The translations under genes were made by a program, and so were the position numbers. Shown in pieces: positions 25,331 through 38,620 of a stretch of 64,000 bases of DNA. The number at the start of each line of letters is the position of its first letter. The first letter of the stretch is position 1. The notes beneath the pieces are model-generated. The model was not told where the DNA came from. It was given only the letters and a program-made list of their open reading frames with translations, and searched no databases. This stretch comes from Azolla caroliniana (taxonomy: Eukaryota > Plantae > Polypodiophyta), in NCBI GenBank assembly GCA_043228905.1, contig JBHGNT010000011.1:14570001-14634000 (forward strand). Direction: 5' to 3'.

Positions 25331-28300
25331 TTAATGTATAATCCCATAATTTAAGTTAGAATCAGTGCAAAGGGAGATAAATGAAGAAGAAAGAAATTTT
25401 TCATTCTATTATTCCATGAATACATTTGGTTGATAATATTCTTAAATACATTGACCATTTATGATACTTTTATATGCATAATCAACTTGTGGATTTCATT
25501 AGATGATATTGGATGTCATAATGGTAGACTCATGAAGACCATATGGTCATAAGTTCAACACATCAATGTATAGCAAAAAGTTTAGGAACAAATACTTAGG
25601 GTATAATAGTGTCTAAAGTATGTGCACGAGGTTGAAATCTTGTGGTAATGCATAGATATGTCAGGACTCAACATTATGTCCAAAACGATGTTTGTGAAGT
25701 TGGGAAAATTTAAACCCAAGATTGATTATTGATGAAGCATTGGCTTTATAAAAATAAATTAATGTGTAAAAATATGAGTATCTTAAACTCATATATGATA
25801 TGAAAATTTATATTGAGTTGACATAGATTTAATATTCCCTTGGAGGAATAAGGGCCATTGCATATAAAAGCAAAGTATATTGCACTAATATACATTCATT
25901 ATGTCTTTGGATCATTTATAGTTGCCATCATTTATTTATTTATTTTCCAAAAATAGTTGCCATCATTTTAATTTTATTATGGAGATAACCATAATGATAT
26001 TTTCACATCCTCAAAGGACCATAAATGTGAAGCATTGAACCCAAAATAATTAGTGTTCCTAGAGAATCTCCTCTGCTAATGCAAAGGGTGAAGCTAGATA
26101 TGGTTCGTGTACTTTCTTATAATCACTCCTATTCTTAACTAGTGCACATAGAGAATCCAAACTATCGTGACTTGCTTCTTACTTCTTGCTCAATTTATAG
26201 TTGATACATAGATAGATACCCATTTGGGTTGGGTTGGCTACATACTTGCTAAAAAGGAGATACAAAGGAACACCACAACATGAAGGCATGCGCTTGCTCA
26301 AAAGGTACATCACATTTCCCCCTAAGAGAAACAAGGAGTTTTAAGGCATGGTTAAAGGAGGTGTGCCAGTAGATGGGCTTGCTAAGGCCGCGCCGCCAGA
26401 TTGGGAAGTAAACAAGGACCTTATTTCCCTCAGAATAAGTTGGGGTAATTCGACCCATGTCGTAGTGTTATGAGTTTATGCATATGTGCCCAAGAAGCAA
26501 CAATTAGTATGTGTGATTTAGAGAAGTTTTGTGAAGTTGGTGGTTGTAGTAATTGATTGAGGGAGGGGGAGGATTATCATCCTCACAAGTCAGTCTACAG
26601 AGTTTAGTGATTCTTTATGCTTGAGAATTTTGCTAATGAAAATTGCAATTGAGAGTGTACATCATGACTATGAGAAAAATGTGTGTAGAGATAGAACTAA
26701 TTGGCATTATGTGGAAAACTACTTCAAACACATTGAAGAATAAGCATTGTAAGAGAGTGGGATACTCAATTTCACAAACTTGTCCAATGCTCTACCTCCC
26801 ATTGAAGAGATTGTGACTTAAATCGTAATGAAGCAATGGGAGAGCAACGAAGGGGGTGGGCTCTAGCTTGTATGAGTGTAGTTTTCCAATTCAAAAAAGC
26901 ATGTCGTTCGGTAATTTCATGTAGTTTATGTAGCATAATTTGTGAAGTGGGGACCTGTACATCGCTCCTAGGACCTTGTACATTGGCATTGCAAAGAGGC
27001 ATACACAATCAATTAGAGTATTCTAGTTTTGCTAGCCTTTATCATCAACATAGATTTTGCTCAGGAACCAATTGTTTCTGTAAGTATATGCTACAATAAT
27101 GTCGATGCTTTACATGAAACATTGTGCTTAGAAGCAACAAATTACAGGAAGATCAAATTTAAATGCTTTTAGTCGACTTGGTACCAAATATAAAAATCTA
27201 GGTAGAAACTCATAACACTTTCAATGGTGCATTACATTACATGATTTGTGGATACATATATACATATATATGAACTAAAAAAGTTGCAAGCTCTTTCATA
27301 CACAAAACACACATAAAGATACCCTACAACTAAAGACAAGGAATTGAGGCTATTATATGACACTCTCGAATCTCCACACTCGAGTTGGCGTGTTCAGAAT
27401 TATTCCTTTATAAAAGTTCTCTTCTTAAATTTATCAATTAGTTGGCATCCCTACCACATTTTAGAATGAATGTCTTAAAATCTTGATACCCTTTACATTA
27501 ATAGAGAAGACTCTAGTTTATGTGCCTTTTAGGGGTTCCATAGGTCATGATTTGGCCTCCCAAAGACGTTAAAACAACATCGTCATCATCTTCCTCTTTT
27601 TCCCTCATTTACTCATGTACACATACATGTACATCCATGTGGGGCATACTATATGAATCAATCATGTCATGGTTTCAGGCAATTAAACCTTTACATATGT
27701 TTGTTTGTTTCCCTAAATGGGAGAGCACACACATCTACACCTCATTCTTCAAAGAGAAAACGACAACTAGTTCCTTAAGTCTCGAGCACATGTTCAAAGA
27801 ACTAATGCATTCAAATCCCTAGGCTTCTTACACATGTACTAATTGCTTTCACACAATGTAATTACATGAATCAAATACTCCCACATGTGCTGCTTCGTAC
27901 ATATTATGGAATTTGTTGAAATGGTTGCATCTTCTTTATACGAGAGAAAAATGGTGTGCTTTGGGAAGGAGTCATGCAAATCAACTAAGTAAAAATATAA
28001 GTTTTTGGCATCTTAAATGGCTACTTTTCTTCCTTCGAGTTTGTATGAAATAATTGTGATTAATCAATCCTATGGACGATCATATTTTCTTATTCGGCAT
28101 TATTGAAATGCAACTTTGTAACTTAATTGCATTTTAATATATTTTGAAGTCATGGTGGGGATGTTCTCATGGTATCTTCGAATCCAAATTTAGTGGAAAT
28201 AGATTATGTTTCAAGGGAATTACTGAGTATGTAATGTTTCGTTTGAGACTTGAAAGGACTCATTTAAAATACACAGCTCACTTTAAGATAATTGTCATTG

Positions 28301-28660
28301 GTTCGGCATTTCTACAAAAGTTATAAACAATAATTATATGCATCTACAATCAGTTACTTGTTTATATATCATTTTCAACTACTCTCTCTCTAGTACAATT
28401 TTGGTGCTTACTAACATGGCAAATCATTGGAACAATTTGGGTTCATACTCCCATACAACACGCTTTTGAAGGCGTGCACATTCATTCAATCGTAGTGATG
28501 CACAAACACTCACTCACTCTCATATTCTCTTTTTATTGTAATTAACTTACCCTATTAGTAAGTTGTTACACTACAAGCCACTATGTCTTGGGTTCGAAAC
28601 CTAATTTTACTCACCTCTCTATTATATACTCCATATTATCTCTTAATTCATTAGATGTCA

Positions 28661-28732
28661 CCGTGGAATGTAAGGGTTGAACCCATGACCACCTGGTCTC
28701 CATTAGGCAACCTTACCAACTAAGCTACATCC
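28661..28732 (-). mobile_element. tRNA-derived SINE head or tRNA pseudogene
   Basis: Minus strand ggatgTAGCTTAGTTGGtaagg...catGGGTTCAACCC has Pol III A and B boxes but no clean cloverleaf. A second B-box-like GGTTCGAAACC is on + at ~28590. Confidence 0.55.
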
Positions 28733-30964
28733 ATCTCTCTCTCTTTAATTGAGCTAAACAGATATGATAATGTGTGTAGTACTCAAATTTCCACCAACAA
28801 GGATGATCATAGATGTGCATGCATTATTCTCGTACTGAAAGATTTTGCGGCATAGTAGTAAACCCCCTTCCTAGGAAGGAGTCACAAACAAGAGCAATTT
28901 TGGTCTCATCATGGATGATTGAATATTTATTTGCCCTCTCTTTCTCTCTCAAGGCACAAAAAACCAATAAGAGCAAAATTATCGCATTTGGTTGAGTGTA
29001 TGACATCATGAAATGGTTAAAAAGATGGGGAGTAAAAGATCTATTGAAGCTCTCTGGTGATGTTATGATGTATATGATCAATCAATGGTCATTGCAAAAA
29101 GATTAATAGAAGCCCCTAAGGATAAGTTGGCACAATGCTAAAATCACAAATTTGGAATATTACATTTCAAATGCTACATCCCAATGTTGGCCCAATAAAA
29201 GGTAAAAATGTCAAAACATATCCAACGATATCTTATTAACCCCATGAGTTGTGGCTCTCAAAGAGCCATAACACTTCTCCAAACTCGCTCACACAAGTAA
29301 AGTGTTAAGGTAGCATCATGGCATCAACACCTTGGTATGAGGATATGCGAGTTGTATGCAATGAAAACCTAAAGGAGGATAAATATGACTTACTTATCGC
29401 ATGCTCAATGTATACGGTACTTCCCCATAAAAATGATGCCTTATTTGACAGACATGATGATTTAAGTGTCATACTCAAAACCCCACCAATAACTCTCTTT
29501 CTCTCTCTCTCTCTTTTGATACACAAGATAGTATGTGTGAGAAAAAAACTTGCAAATTTCACCGTTTTTCTTCATAACCCATTCCCCATGTTGTTTAACT
29601 TCAGAAGCTCATGTTTAATGACTAGAAAACATATGTATGCTTCTATCACATTTATTTTGCATACGTTAAATGGTGGGGAAATGAATGAAAATGTAGCTTG
29701 TAAGCTAGGAGACCAACATTTGTCAATCCCTTCAAAACACATCATGAGCAAATCACGTCCTACTCACAAAGAGGTGAACATTAGAACATACTAGCTACAT
29801 GTTGTAGGTCAAGCCATTGATGATTATGTAGAAAGAAGGTAACAAGTTGTGTGCATATTGCTATGACTTCGTAAGTGAGAGTGTTCATAAACAATCAATC
29901 AAAACAAAAATGTGATTTCTCTTCATTTTAGAAGTTTATAAAGTAATCTTGCAACCAGATGTGGGGTTGGAGATCGCAAAGACAAGAAAGTATTGTTTCT
30001 TCTTTCGCAAAATGTGAATGTCCTTTGAAAATGTAAGATTTGATTTGATAAACACATATTTATATATTTCCATCAATGTAGTGTAAAATCCAACCACATT
30101 CAATTGCAACGATTCCCTCACAGTAGAATTCGATGTAGGAGCACATTGAACCAAATAGTGAAGATCATAACATATATCGCTTCTTCTAAATGTTTGTTAG
30201 TAACACGACAACCGAAGAGAAAATTACGAAAGGTAAATCAATTACACTAACAAAAAAACAATTACTTTTCCACATTTTCTAGACCTTTTATCATCATAAT
30301 ATGTATTGTGCATTGGTAGGATAACATGCACTCGCCCTCATATCTCTTTTGATGAGTATTTACTGTTTATGAAAAATTAAAAACAAAACCTCTCCGATTG
30401 GCATTTTATCACGTTGTTAGTGTACAAAAAAATTTATTTTATGAAATCTTTCCGATCGTTATTTTATGGACTACAATTTTATGAAATCTTTCTGATCATT
30501 ATTTTATGGAAGCACATTTTATATCATTCCATTAATGTGTTGCAACTATAAAAATTCATTAGCAAAGCATCAACATTGCGAACATACATTATGTTGTTCT
30601 CTATAAGGTCAAGCCACAAAGAAGGCAACATAATTATGCATAAGCCATTGGAATTCAATAAAAGCGCACGTTGACCCAAGTAGCTAAGCATGCAATTATT
30701 AAAGATTTGCAATTAAGCATACAACCTATAAGAGACAAACAAGCAAGATTCCTCACTAAGGCAATGGATGAAGCTCAAGGCATGCAAATGTATCAAGGAT
30801 ATAGAAAAAAAATCAAACATGCAACGTAGTCGAGCATGATAAAAGGAAAAGGAAAACACAATACTTAGCCATCTCTACATTGAAAGTTTCAAATATTACT
30901 ATATGCTATCTTTATGAGATGCCACTATAGAATCTAGAGGTTTAACACATGACCTCTTGTTCTT

Positions 30965-30965
<1 letters not shown>

Positions 30966-31036
<71 letters not shown>
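30966..31036. repeat. Compound microsatellite (CT)n(CA)n
   Basis: Directly visible. Confidence 0.95.
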
Positions 31037-31039
<3 letters not shown>

Positions 31040-31409
31040 AATTAGAAAATCAATCAAAATAGAGATTGATATCATCTTGAATTGCCTCATAATTGGCTTG
31101 TCATAGGGATAGACCCAACCATTAACCAACAATGGAAGAACCCAAAGTGTGGGATGTGGTAAACAATATCTCAACGCAAGACCGAAAGATTGGATTGTGA
31201 TAAGTCTTTATCTAAACACATATGACTGACAACATTGAGTTATGATTGCTTCTTAATGGAACCACGAGAGAATCATGCGTACACATATGGATCGAGAACA
31301 TGGGGTCATGGTCAAGCATCTTTGGAACAAAGCATAGGGATTGTGCTCAAATATCTTCGTTATAGAAGGTTATACAAAGCACTGATGTTTGAGAAAGAAT
31401 AATATTGTG

Positions 31410-31700
31410 AAAAAGGTCACCATCGTAGAACATAAACATGGAAGGATGGGAGGTTAAAAACTTTGCCAATAATATCAAGACTTGAGATATTGTTGCTTGC
31501 AGAGGGCAATGGCATGGATGATGCCCCCTCCGTTTCTTATGAAGGTAGGTTGTGATCGAGAATATTCTTATGAATAGCATCACTATCGTAGACCTTGAAC
31601 GTTGAAGGATGGGAGGTTAAAAACTTTGTGGATGATATCATGACTACAAACATGGTTGCTTGTGGGAGGGACAATGTCATGGATGGATGGTGGCCCCTCC
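31410..31700. repeat. Degenerate ~165-bp tandem duplication
   Basis: gaaggatgggaggttaaaaactttg at ~31441 and ~31604, with shared flanks. Confidence 0.75.
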
Positions 31701-34279
31701 TTTTCTTCTTTAAATCTTCGTTTGTACAAAGGGCATTGCAATGAGACCCTCTCTATTACATTATTTTCTTATTTACATCTTTTGTTTGTACAAAGGGCAA
31801 TGAAACCTCTCAAATTTCAACACTTCTCTTTCATCCTTCTCTTCTCTCTTCTCTCTCCTCTCTCTATCTCAACATTCACTCTTCTCTATTGACCATCTGC
31901 CCTCTCCTCTTTGTCATCTTTTGTGTTAGTTGCCATTTGAAGAGATCGATATAACTTTTTCTACCAATTTTTCGATGTTAACCCTTCTCTCTCATCTCAA
32001 CCCAATGAGACACTCTCTCTTCAATCCCAACTCTTAAAAAAAGGCAATGCCTTTTCTTAATCGTACAAAAGGGCATTCAGAGTTGCCGATGTGGAGTATT
32101 CTAATGATAGTACAATAATGGAGCAATGACATTTACCAACATTGTATATTAAACATTCTTGTGAACATTGTGAAAATTAAAAAACCATGTATGAGAAACC
32201 ATCCATGGGGCATGTATTCAATATAAGTCACCTACAACGAAAGCAAGAAAAGGCCTATGTGACCCCTTGCAACAAGAATGCCATGTTTTGTATCCTTGAT
32301 AGTCGTAGAAGCATCCATTGAGTACTAAGGATGTGGGATAACACATTGCATATGACCGTTAAGGTAATTGCTTTAGATTTTTTCTTGTCACCAAGTAACC
32401 AAGAGCATTGTCTCTTTCGAAATTTCCACAAGCATCTACTCTTCCGAAATATTCCACGATGCAATACTTGAGTTGTGCTAAAGGTAACGACTCTAGGATG
32501 AACCCCACACTCTCTAGAAGGCAACCTATCCATAGTGCCTTGGAAGACGTAGTAATTGTGATAAGAAATATAGAGTTTGATAATTCAACTTTGCTAGAAA
32601 AACATGGTGTATGTCTCAATCGGAATGTTATTTTCACGAAAGTAAACATGTATACAAGCTTGAGTGTGAAAGAAATACGCAAACAACAAATGATGTACAC
32701 AATGAGCTCTACGCATACTCTTATGTTTTTTCTCTCCCTAACTCCCAACATTTAGTACTCTCTAAACCTAATTTAATCTCTTTCTCTCTCACTCACCTAG
32801 TGGTAAAATGTTAGATTACAATTTCGAATGGTAGTCCCAATACTTCAATCATTGACTTGGATTCAACTAATTTGGGAGCTCCAAAACAATGATATTGAAG
32901 ATAGACACTTATGCCATTAGAATAATTAGCAAAATATGGAGAATTATTTTATGAGTTGAAATGCACGAATGGTTCCAATCATATTGACACTATCCTTGTT
33001 CCAAAAGCTTGAATTGTCCAGACATAGACATGACTAAAGTGGAAAAGAATAAAGTGGTCTGAAGTGATATCATTAAATTGGATAATGAAAGAACATTGAT
33101 CAACCCCACACCGCCCTTGGTTGGAAGATGGCCCACTATAAGACCCTTTTGCACTTATCATAATGTTAACTTAGATGGATACACATCACTCTCGTTAGTG
33201 ATGTAGCATGACTTGGAAACTTAAGACCTTTTCGCATAAGTTAACGATGGACGTACGAATGTGTACGCAAAATTTTCCGGTAGGATGTGAATTCAAAGGG
33301 CGACACAAGTATGATCTTGATCACAACATTTGAAAGAGTTTATGATAGATTGAACAATAACGATTTTTTCATGCATGTAAGCAACGTCCATCTAGATCAT
33401 GGCCATACCATCATTGTTGTCAAGAAATCAAGGTTATACCAAATGTGCTTCCCCTTGCTTTGGAGACCACTCTATATTGGACTGGTCCATGTTCAAGGTC
33501 TTTCAAAGGTAAATGTTTGAGCCCATCTAAGTGAGAGCTCACAATAGACAACCGGGAATATCTCGTGGGCTAGGAGGTCTTATTAACCTAGTTATCACTA
33601 TGGTTTTTGTTGTTCATCCAAGATGAGACGACAATGTGAGGCATAGAATCCTCATGGTTTGAACATACCCTTTCCTATTCATTGCAGGGATGTTTCCTTC
33701 GGTTTTCTCATTCGTGTAAGGGGGGTTACTGTAGGTCTCGAGCTACAAGGCAAGTTTCGATAGACCAATGTGTAAGGGGGGGGGGGGGGGTTGAAAAGCC
33801 GAGCATACATTGCTCCGAGATGGCAGATGCCGCATGGGCCCTGGGGAAGGGAGGGAGGATGCAGAGGGGTCGGATGCACGAGAGTTGGTTCGGGATGTAT
33901 TTCGACATGGCCGACCATATGGTCTCTATCGGGCGGTATGACCCGACCAGACGGAGTGGAATAACCCCTCCCTTGGCGGGCGGTCTGAGCTCCTACTAGA
34001 CACAGGCTGCCCCTGCAACTGGCCTGGCCTCCTCTGGCAATGGGCCTCTTTTTCTACGGTCTCCTCTTTTCTTCTCAACCCTCCCCCCTTTCTCTCTCCT
34101 CTCTCTAGGATTCCTGTCTTCTCCCTAGACCCCCTAGATCCCCTAGATCCCCCCCCCCCCCCCCCCCCCCCCCTCTCTCTTCTCTCTTCTAAAGAAGGGC
34201 AAAAGGGCACCCAATGATGTAGACATGGTTATCTCTGCCCTTTCCTTCAAATGGGTCGCCTTCCTCCTCTCTAGATTCC

Positions 34280-37200
34280 ATGGATTCTGATGCAAACCCC
34301 ATCACACTTGCATCAGAATCCATGGCCATGGCTTCTTCAGAGCTTCACTTGACAAAGAAAACGAGAGAAGAAGAAGAAGATGATGATGATGATGACAATG
34401 AAGCGGATGCCACTTCCATGTCTTCTCAGAGCAATACCATCGCCCAATTCCAATCCAGATCTGCTGATAGAAGAGAGGGACATGGAAGCTCTCCTTACTA
34501 TGTATCAGAGAATCGGATCTTTGACTCCAATAATAGTCGTGATTCTGCCGTAGCAGAAGAGGGGTTATGTGGCGCTTATGATGATGATCGTGGCGATTAC
34601 CATGACCATGACCATGACCATATGATAACAAACAGCGGGATAGCAAAGGGAAACCTTGGTCATGATGGCTGTGACCATGGCATGAAAAATGATATCAGAA
34701 CGAAGGGGATCCATCACGATGAAGATGATGGTCATGAATGTATCGTGGCAAATGGTGGGAGAGAGAGGACAAATTATGGTAATGATTATGTCCATGACCA
34801 TGGCATTGAAAATAGCATCAAAGCGACGGGGAGATCAGCTCATTATGATGATGGTGGTGATAGGGATGGGATTTCAAATGCAATGAGTGCAGAAGGCAAG
34901 CATGAATACAATGGCGATGTTGATGGGCAGGGCCATGACATGTCCACCGGTATCAGAATGAATGCAAAAGCTGCTGACAATGGCATAGAAAAGGATATCA
35001 CAGTGGCGGAGGAACCTGATGATGATGGTTTCCATGGGCATGTTCATGGCATGGCGAATGATATCAGAGTGAAGGCAAAATCTGACCTTGGACAAAAACG
35101 CAATTCAAGGAAACGAGAGAGAGGCCGAATGGCTCAGACATTTCAATCTGCTGTCGAGGCTCGGGATTGGAAGATCGCTGAGAGTTTGATTGGATCGTCA
35201 TCATCATCGGCTGATGTGCGAAGATTGAACGATGGGCTTTGCATTGTGCTCGATTCGGTATGGTTTCTTAGTAGCCGTGAGGAGGTGTATGGTGCTATAA
35301 GGCTCATGGAGAAGCTTGTAGATGCCGGTGCCCACGATTTCACACGGGCGGCACTTCGAACATCCTTTTTGGCATCATGTGTATTGGCTTGCTGGAGTAG
35401 GACGTTCAGTCTTGCTGATATGGAAGAAAGGTAAGCTCATTGGCTGCATTCCTGTGGGTGTCAGAGCTTATTATTTATCTATGCATGGATATTGTTGCAT
35501 AAATAGAAATAGATGATGTTATGTAATGAACAGAATTGAGTGGATTTTTACACTTATTGATATGGAAGAAAGGTTAGCTCAATGTGTGCATACCATTGTG
35601 AGTTGTCAGGTATAATATTCAAATATGCATGGATATTGTAGCATGAATAGAGACGAGCAATGTTAGCGAGCAATCATGGTGCAAGTAAAGCGTAATATTC
35701 AAATATGCATGGATATTGTAGTATGAATAGAGACGAGTGATGTTGGAGAGGAATAATGATGCAAGTGAGGAATAGGAATACAGGACATTCAACCTTGTTG
35801 ACCAGGAAGAAAGATAACCTCAATGATGGATATCAAGATGGGTTGAAAAGTTTGATATTCAAAAATACTTGGGTATAGCTGCATGAATAGAAAAAAGACA
35901 TTCAATCTTCATTGTATGGAAGGAAGTTGACCTCAATGGTTCAACATTGTGGGTTGAAAAGCACAGTATCGTATACATGGATAAAGTTGCATGAAGATAA
36001 ATAGAGGACATTCAAGGTGGCTGACATGAAAGGAAGGTAAGCTCAGTGGTGCATCATTATAGATTGAAATGCTTAAAGTTCACATATATGTGGATGTAGT
36101 TGCATTTGATGTGGCCGACATGGAAGGAATTTAAGTCCTAGTTTGCATTATGGCCAGTTGAAAAACTTAAATTTTTGTAAGGTCTAGCTACCCTCATGCA
36201 CTTTTCTCTTATGCATGTTTTTCTACATGCTACCTAATCTATGGATTTCCTACGTAAAAGTGGTAGGTTAAATCTGTAAATTCAGATATAGGAAATCGTA
36301 ACAAAGTAAGAGTCTCTTGACACATTTATGAGGACCTATAATCGATTAAGCTTTTACTGTTGCTCCAGGTTACATGAGAGGCTTCAAGAGTGTAGTGGGC
36401 ATGAGATGTCGAAAGATGACACGGCTCTAAAGGTGCGGCAATTTACTGAATGGGCCCTAAGATATATCCATTCACATTCTCGTCCGAGAAGAAGAGGATT
36501 TGATAGTGAAATGCATCAGCTGGCTCATAATACATGTGTAGAATCACAACTCCAGCTAAGGGCATTCAAAAGGTTTCTGGAATTAGCTGGAAATAGACTC
36601 ACGGGGAGTGATTATACTGAAGCATTTGATGCAGCTTGTTTTCCAATGACTCTATTTGCGACCTCGATTGATGCTGGATGGGCATTTGGTATTGCGTCAA
36701 TCGCGATGCAAGGGTTATTAGGAATGCTTGTGGAGGGTGGTGCAGACAATGTGAATCAATGCTGCCTTGAAGCGGCAAGATTCGGTAGCACCGATCTCCT
36801 TCGCATTCTCTTGCAGGTAAGAAAGCATATTTCAAGACTATGTTAGGATCATGAAGGCTAGGGTCCTACTTTCCTGAGCTGAGATCCAGCAAATTGCTCA
36901 AGGTTTGGACAAATCCCATACGAACCAATACTTGTTCTAGTTTGCTGCCTGCGTCACGTCAGTGTTTGGGTGGTAGTACAACATGCATATTAGGTGGTAA
37001 GAAATCATTCATAACAAACGTAACTTGGTATGCCTGAACAGTGCTAGCACATTTCTTCTCATTTGTCGTTCATGGCAATTGTTTGAGCGCTTCATTTCTG
37101 GAGTAATTTATCACCCATGTTTGGGACACAGGTAATTTAATCCACCTAACCATGCACGTAGTAGGACCTCCAGCTATATGGAGATAATCCAGAGATTAGA

Positions 37201-38305
37201 GACTTTAGATTGGATGAATGATAGAACGGAAGAGAGAAGATGTGCAGAAGGTTTAGTGGACATAAGTCCTAAGGTTTGTGGCAAAACCATGGCATGCAGA
37301 CTGAGTTTAGCTAAGGACTGTCTGATAGTAATTGGCATATTCCGGCTTCAATTAACTCCCTAACAGTGTAGGTATGTATATTCTCATAATATTGTCTAAA
37401 CAATCAACAATAACTAGGTTTTCTGATTCTCTTTCATGTAGATAGCACAAAGGAATGGGATTGAAGTCGACATTGATCTTGCACTTGAATATGCTTCTCA
37501 ATTCTGCAAGATTCGAACAATGGAATGCTTGGTGGAAGAATGGAATGCATCATCCTTCCTAGGGCCGTTAATGCGAGCTGCAGATAGGGGTTGTATGCAT
37601 GTTGTCAAATGGTTCGTGGAAAGAGGATGCCGGGATTTGGAGCTTTGTTCGGCATTAGTGGCTGCCACGTCGAGTAGTAGGTATGAAGTCGCCCACTATC
37701 TCATCAAATGCATTCCAAAATCTGTGTTGCAAACACGGAGCTTGGATATACTACGGGCGACAGCAGAGCGTGGTGGTATGAAGGGAATCTCTGGCAGTGG
37801 GGCGCACCGTGGTGTGAAAGGAATTGCTTTCCTTCTTCAATCTGATTTTCTTTCAATGGAGGAAGCCACATACGCTATTGCTGACACCATGTCAAGCCTC
37901 GAAGATGGGTCGATATCCGATGAGTTGAGGTCTTTTTGTAAAGAGCAATGGTCTAAGGAAGCTTTCTTACGAGGCCGCAAAGCTGGAGAAAATCACTATG
38001 CAAATGTAGTAAGAACCCTTAGGCATGGCAGATCTCCACTACGCCTTATAGAGCTTCCTTTGGAATTGCAAATTGCGATAGCATATTTACCTTTGTATAA
38101 AGAATGTGCTACGGCAAGGGGTGTGTTGCTTTCTCAATCTCTCCGAGGGCAGCTCGTTGAGGCTATTTCAAGGTTGAATGGTGAATCTACACACAGTGGG
38201 TTACTGCCATTTAACGATGGTAAAGGATTGGTCGAGTTTGACAAGCATAAGCTCCTCTCTATACTCGAATCACGATCACCCTCATTCTTCGTAGGGATTC
38301 ACTGA
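34280..38305 (+). CDS. SKIP35: SKIP35-like ankyrin-repeat protein, ~820 aa. Exons 34280-35430, 36369-36816, 37442-38305
   Basis: FQSAVEARDWKIAESLI..LNDGLCIVLDSVWFLS..GAHDFTRAALRTSFLASCV; RLHERLQEC..FTEWAL..EAFDAACFPMTLF..GADNVNQC..EAARFGS; FLGPLMRAADRGC..FLLQSDFL..AIAYLPLYKEC..LLSQSLRGQLVEA. Exons total 2463 nt in frame. Confidence 0.9.
35400..36175 (+). repeat. About six degenerate copies (~105-140 bp) of the SKIP35 exon-1 3' end, 5' splice site and intron start
   Basis: gatatggaagaaag|gtaagctca (true donor at 35430) is echoed at ~35560 (gatatggaagaaaggttagctca), ~35800, ~35915, ~36025 (gacatgaaaggaaggtaagctca) and ~36118. Confidence 0.85.
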
Positions 38306-38519
38306 GTTCTTTTTCTCTCTCCTGGCAAACTCCCCTCTTTATTCAAATTGGAATTGCCCTCGTTCTTTGCTGGGATTCACCGAGTTCTTTTTTCTATTGC
38401 TCTCTTTGGGGAGAGAGAATGTTTTACTTGGCCTCTATGTCCGGCATGATTTGTACGGATTTCTTGTTGTGGAATATATATTTGAGCATCCTTACATATA
38501 TTGTTTCATTGTCTCTCTT

Positions 38520-38620
38520 TGATTGGGGGCTCTGGTTTTTGCCATTTGTGGGAGTTGAATTCATGACCTTTGGTTGATGGGGCAAGAGCATGAACCTCTA
38601 GGCCAACCCCACTACAAGCT
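38520..38620 (-). mobile_element. tRNA-derived SINE head
   Basis: Minus strand ggggtTGGCCTAGAGGttcatgctc...catGAATTCAACTCC has A/B-box-like motifs at tRNA spacing. Confidence 0.45.

Larger units (their letters stand above)
29950..32600 (-). pseudogene. Heavily decayed Mutator-like/SWIM zinc-finger transposase-related sequence
   Basis: Collinear minus-strand fragments resemble the plant SWIM family (At4g13970-like, from recall): LPLAQL..RVDACGNF (cf. IPFARV..KDCPTRF), KHGIL.., APWMVS (cf. APYIS), GQRALLL..SLWLD (cf. QRADWL..YFWLD) and a GNI.K.V SWIM remnant. Stops and frameshifts throughout. Confidence 0.45.

Noticed and set aside
26060-27060. Possible CACTA transposase remnant
   Set aside because: Only scattered short resemblances (FKAWLKEV, LEYSSF), too weak to call.
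32255-32755. Replitron/HUH endonuclease suggested by FERDNAL and GHMQ
   Set aside because: The motifs are in different frames and no catalytic YxxK motif was found. A MULE/SWIM relic fits better.
33682-33999. 105-aa ORF, or 7SL, RNase MRP or hammerhead RNA
   Set aside because: The ORF crosses a poly-G tract. No SRP helix-8, MRP GAAAGUCCCC or CUGAUGA..GAAA core was found on either strand.
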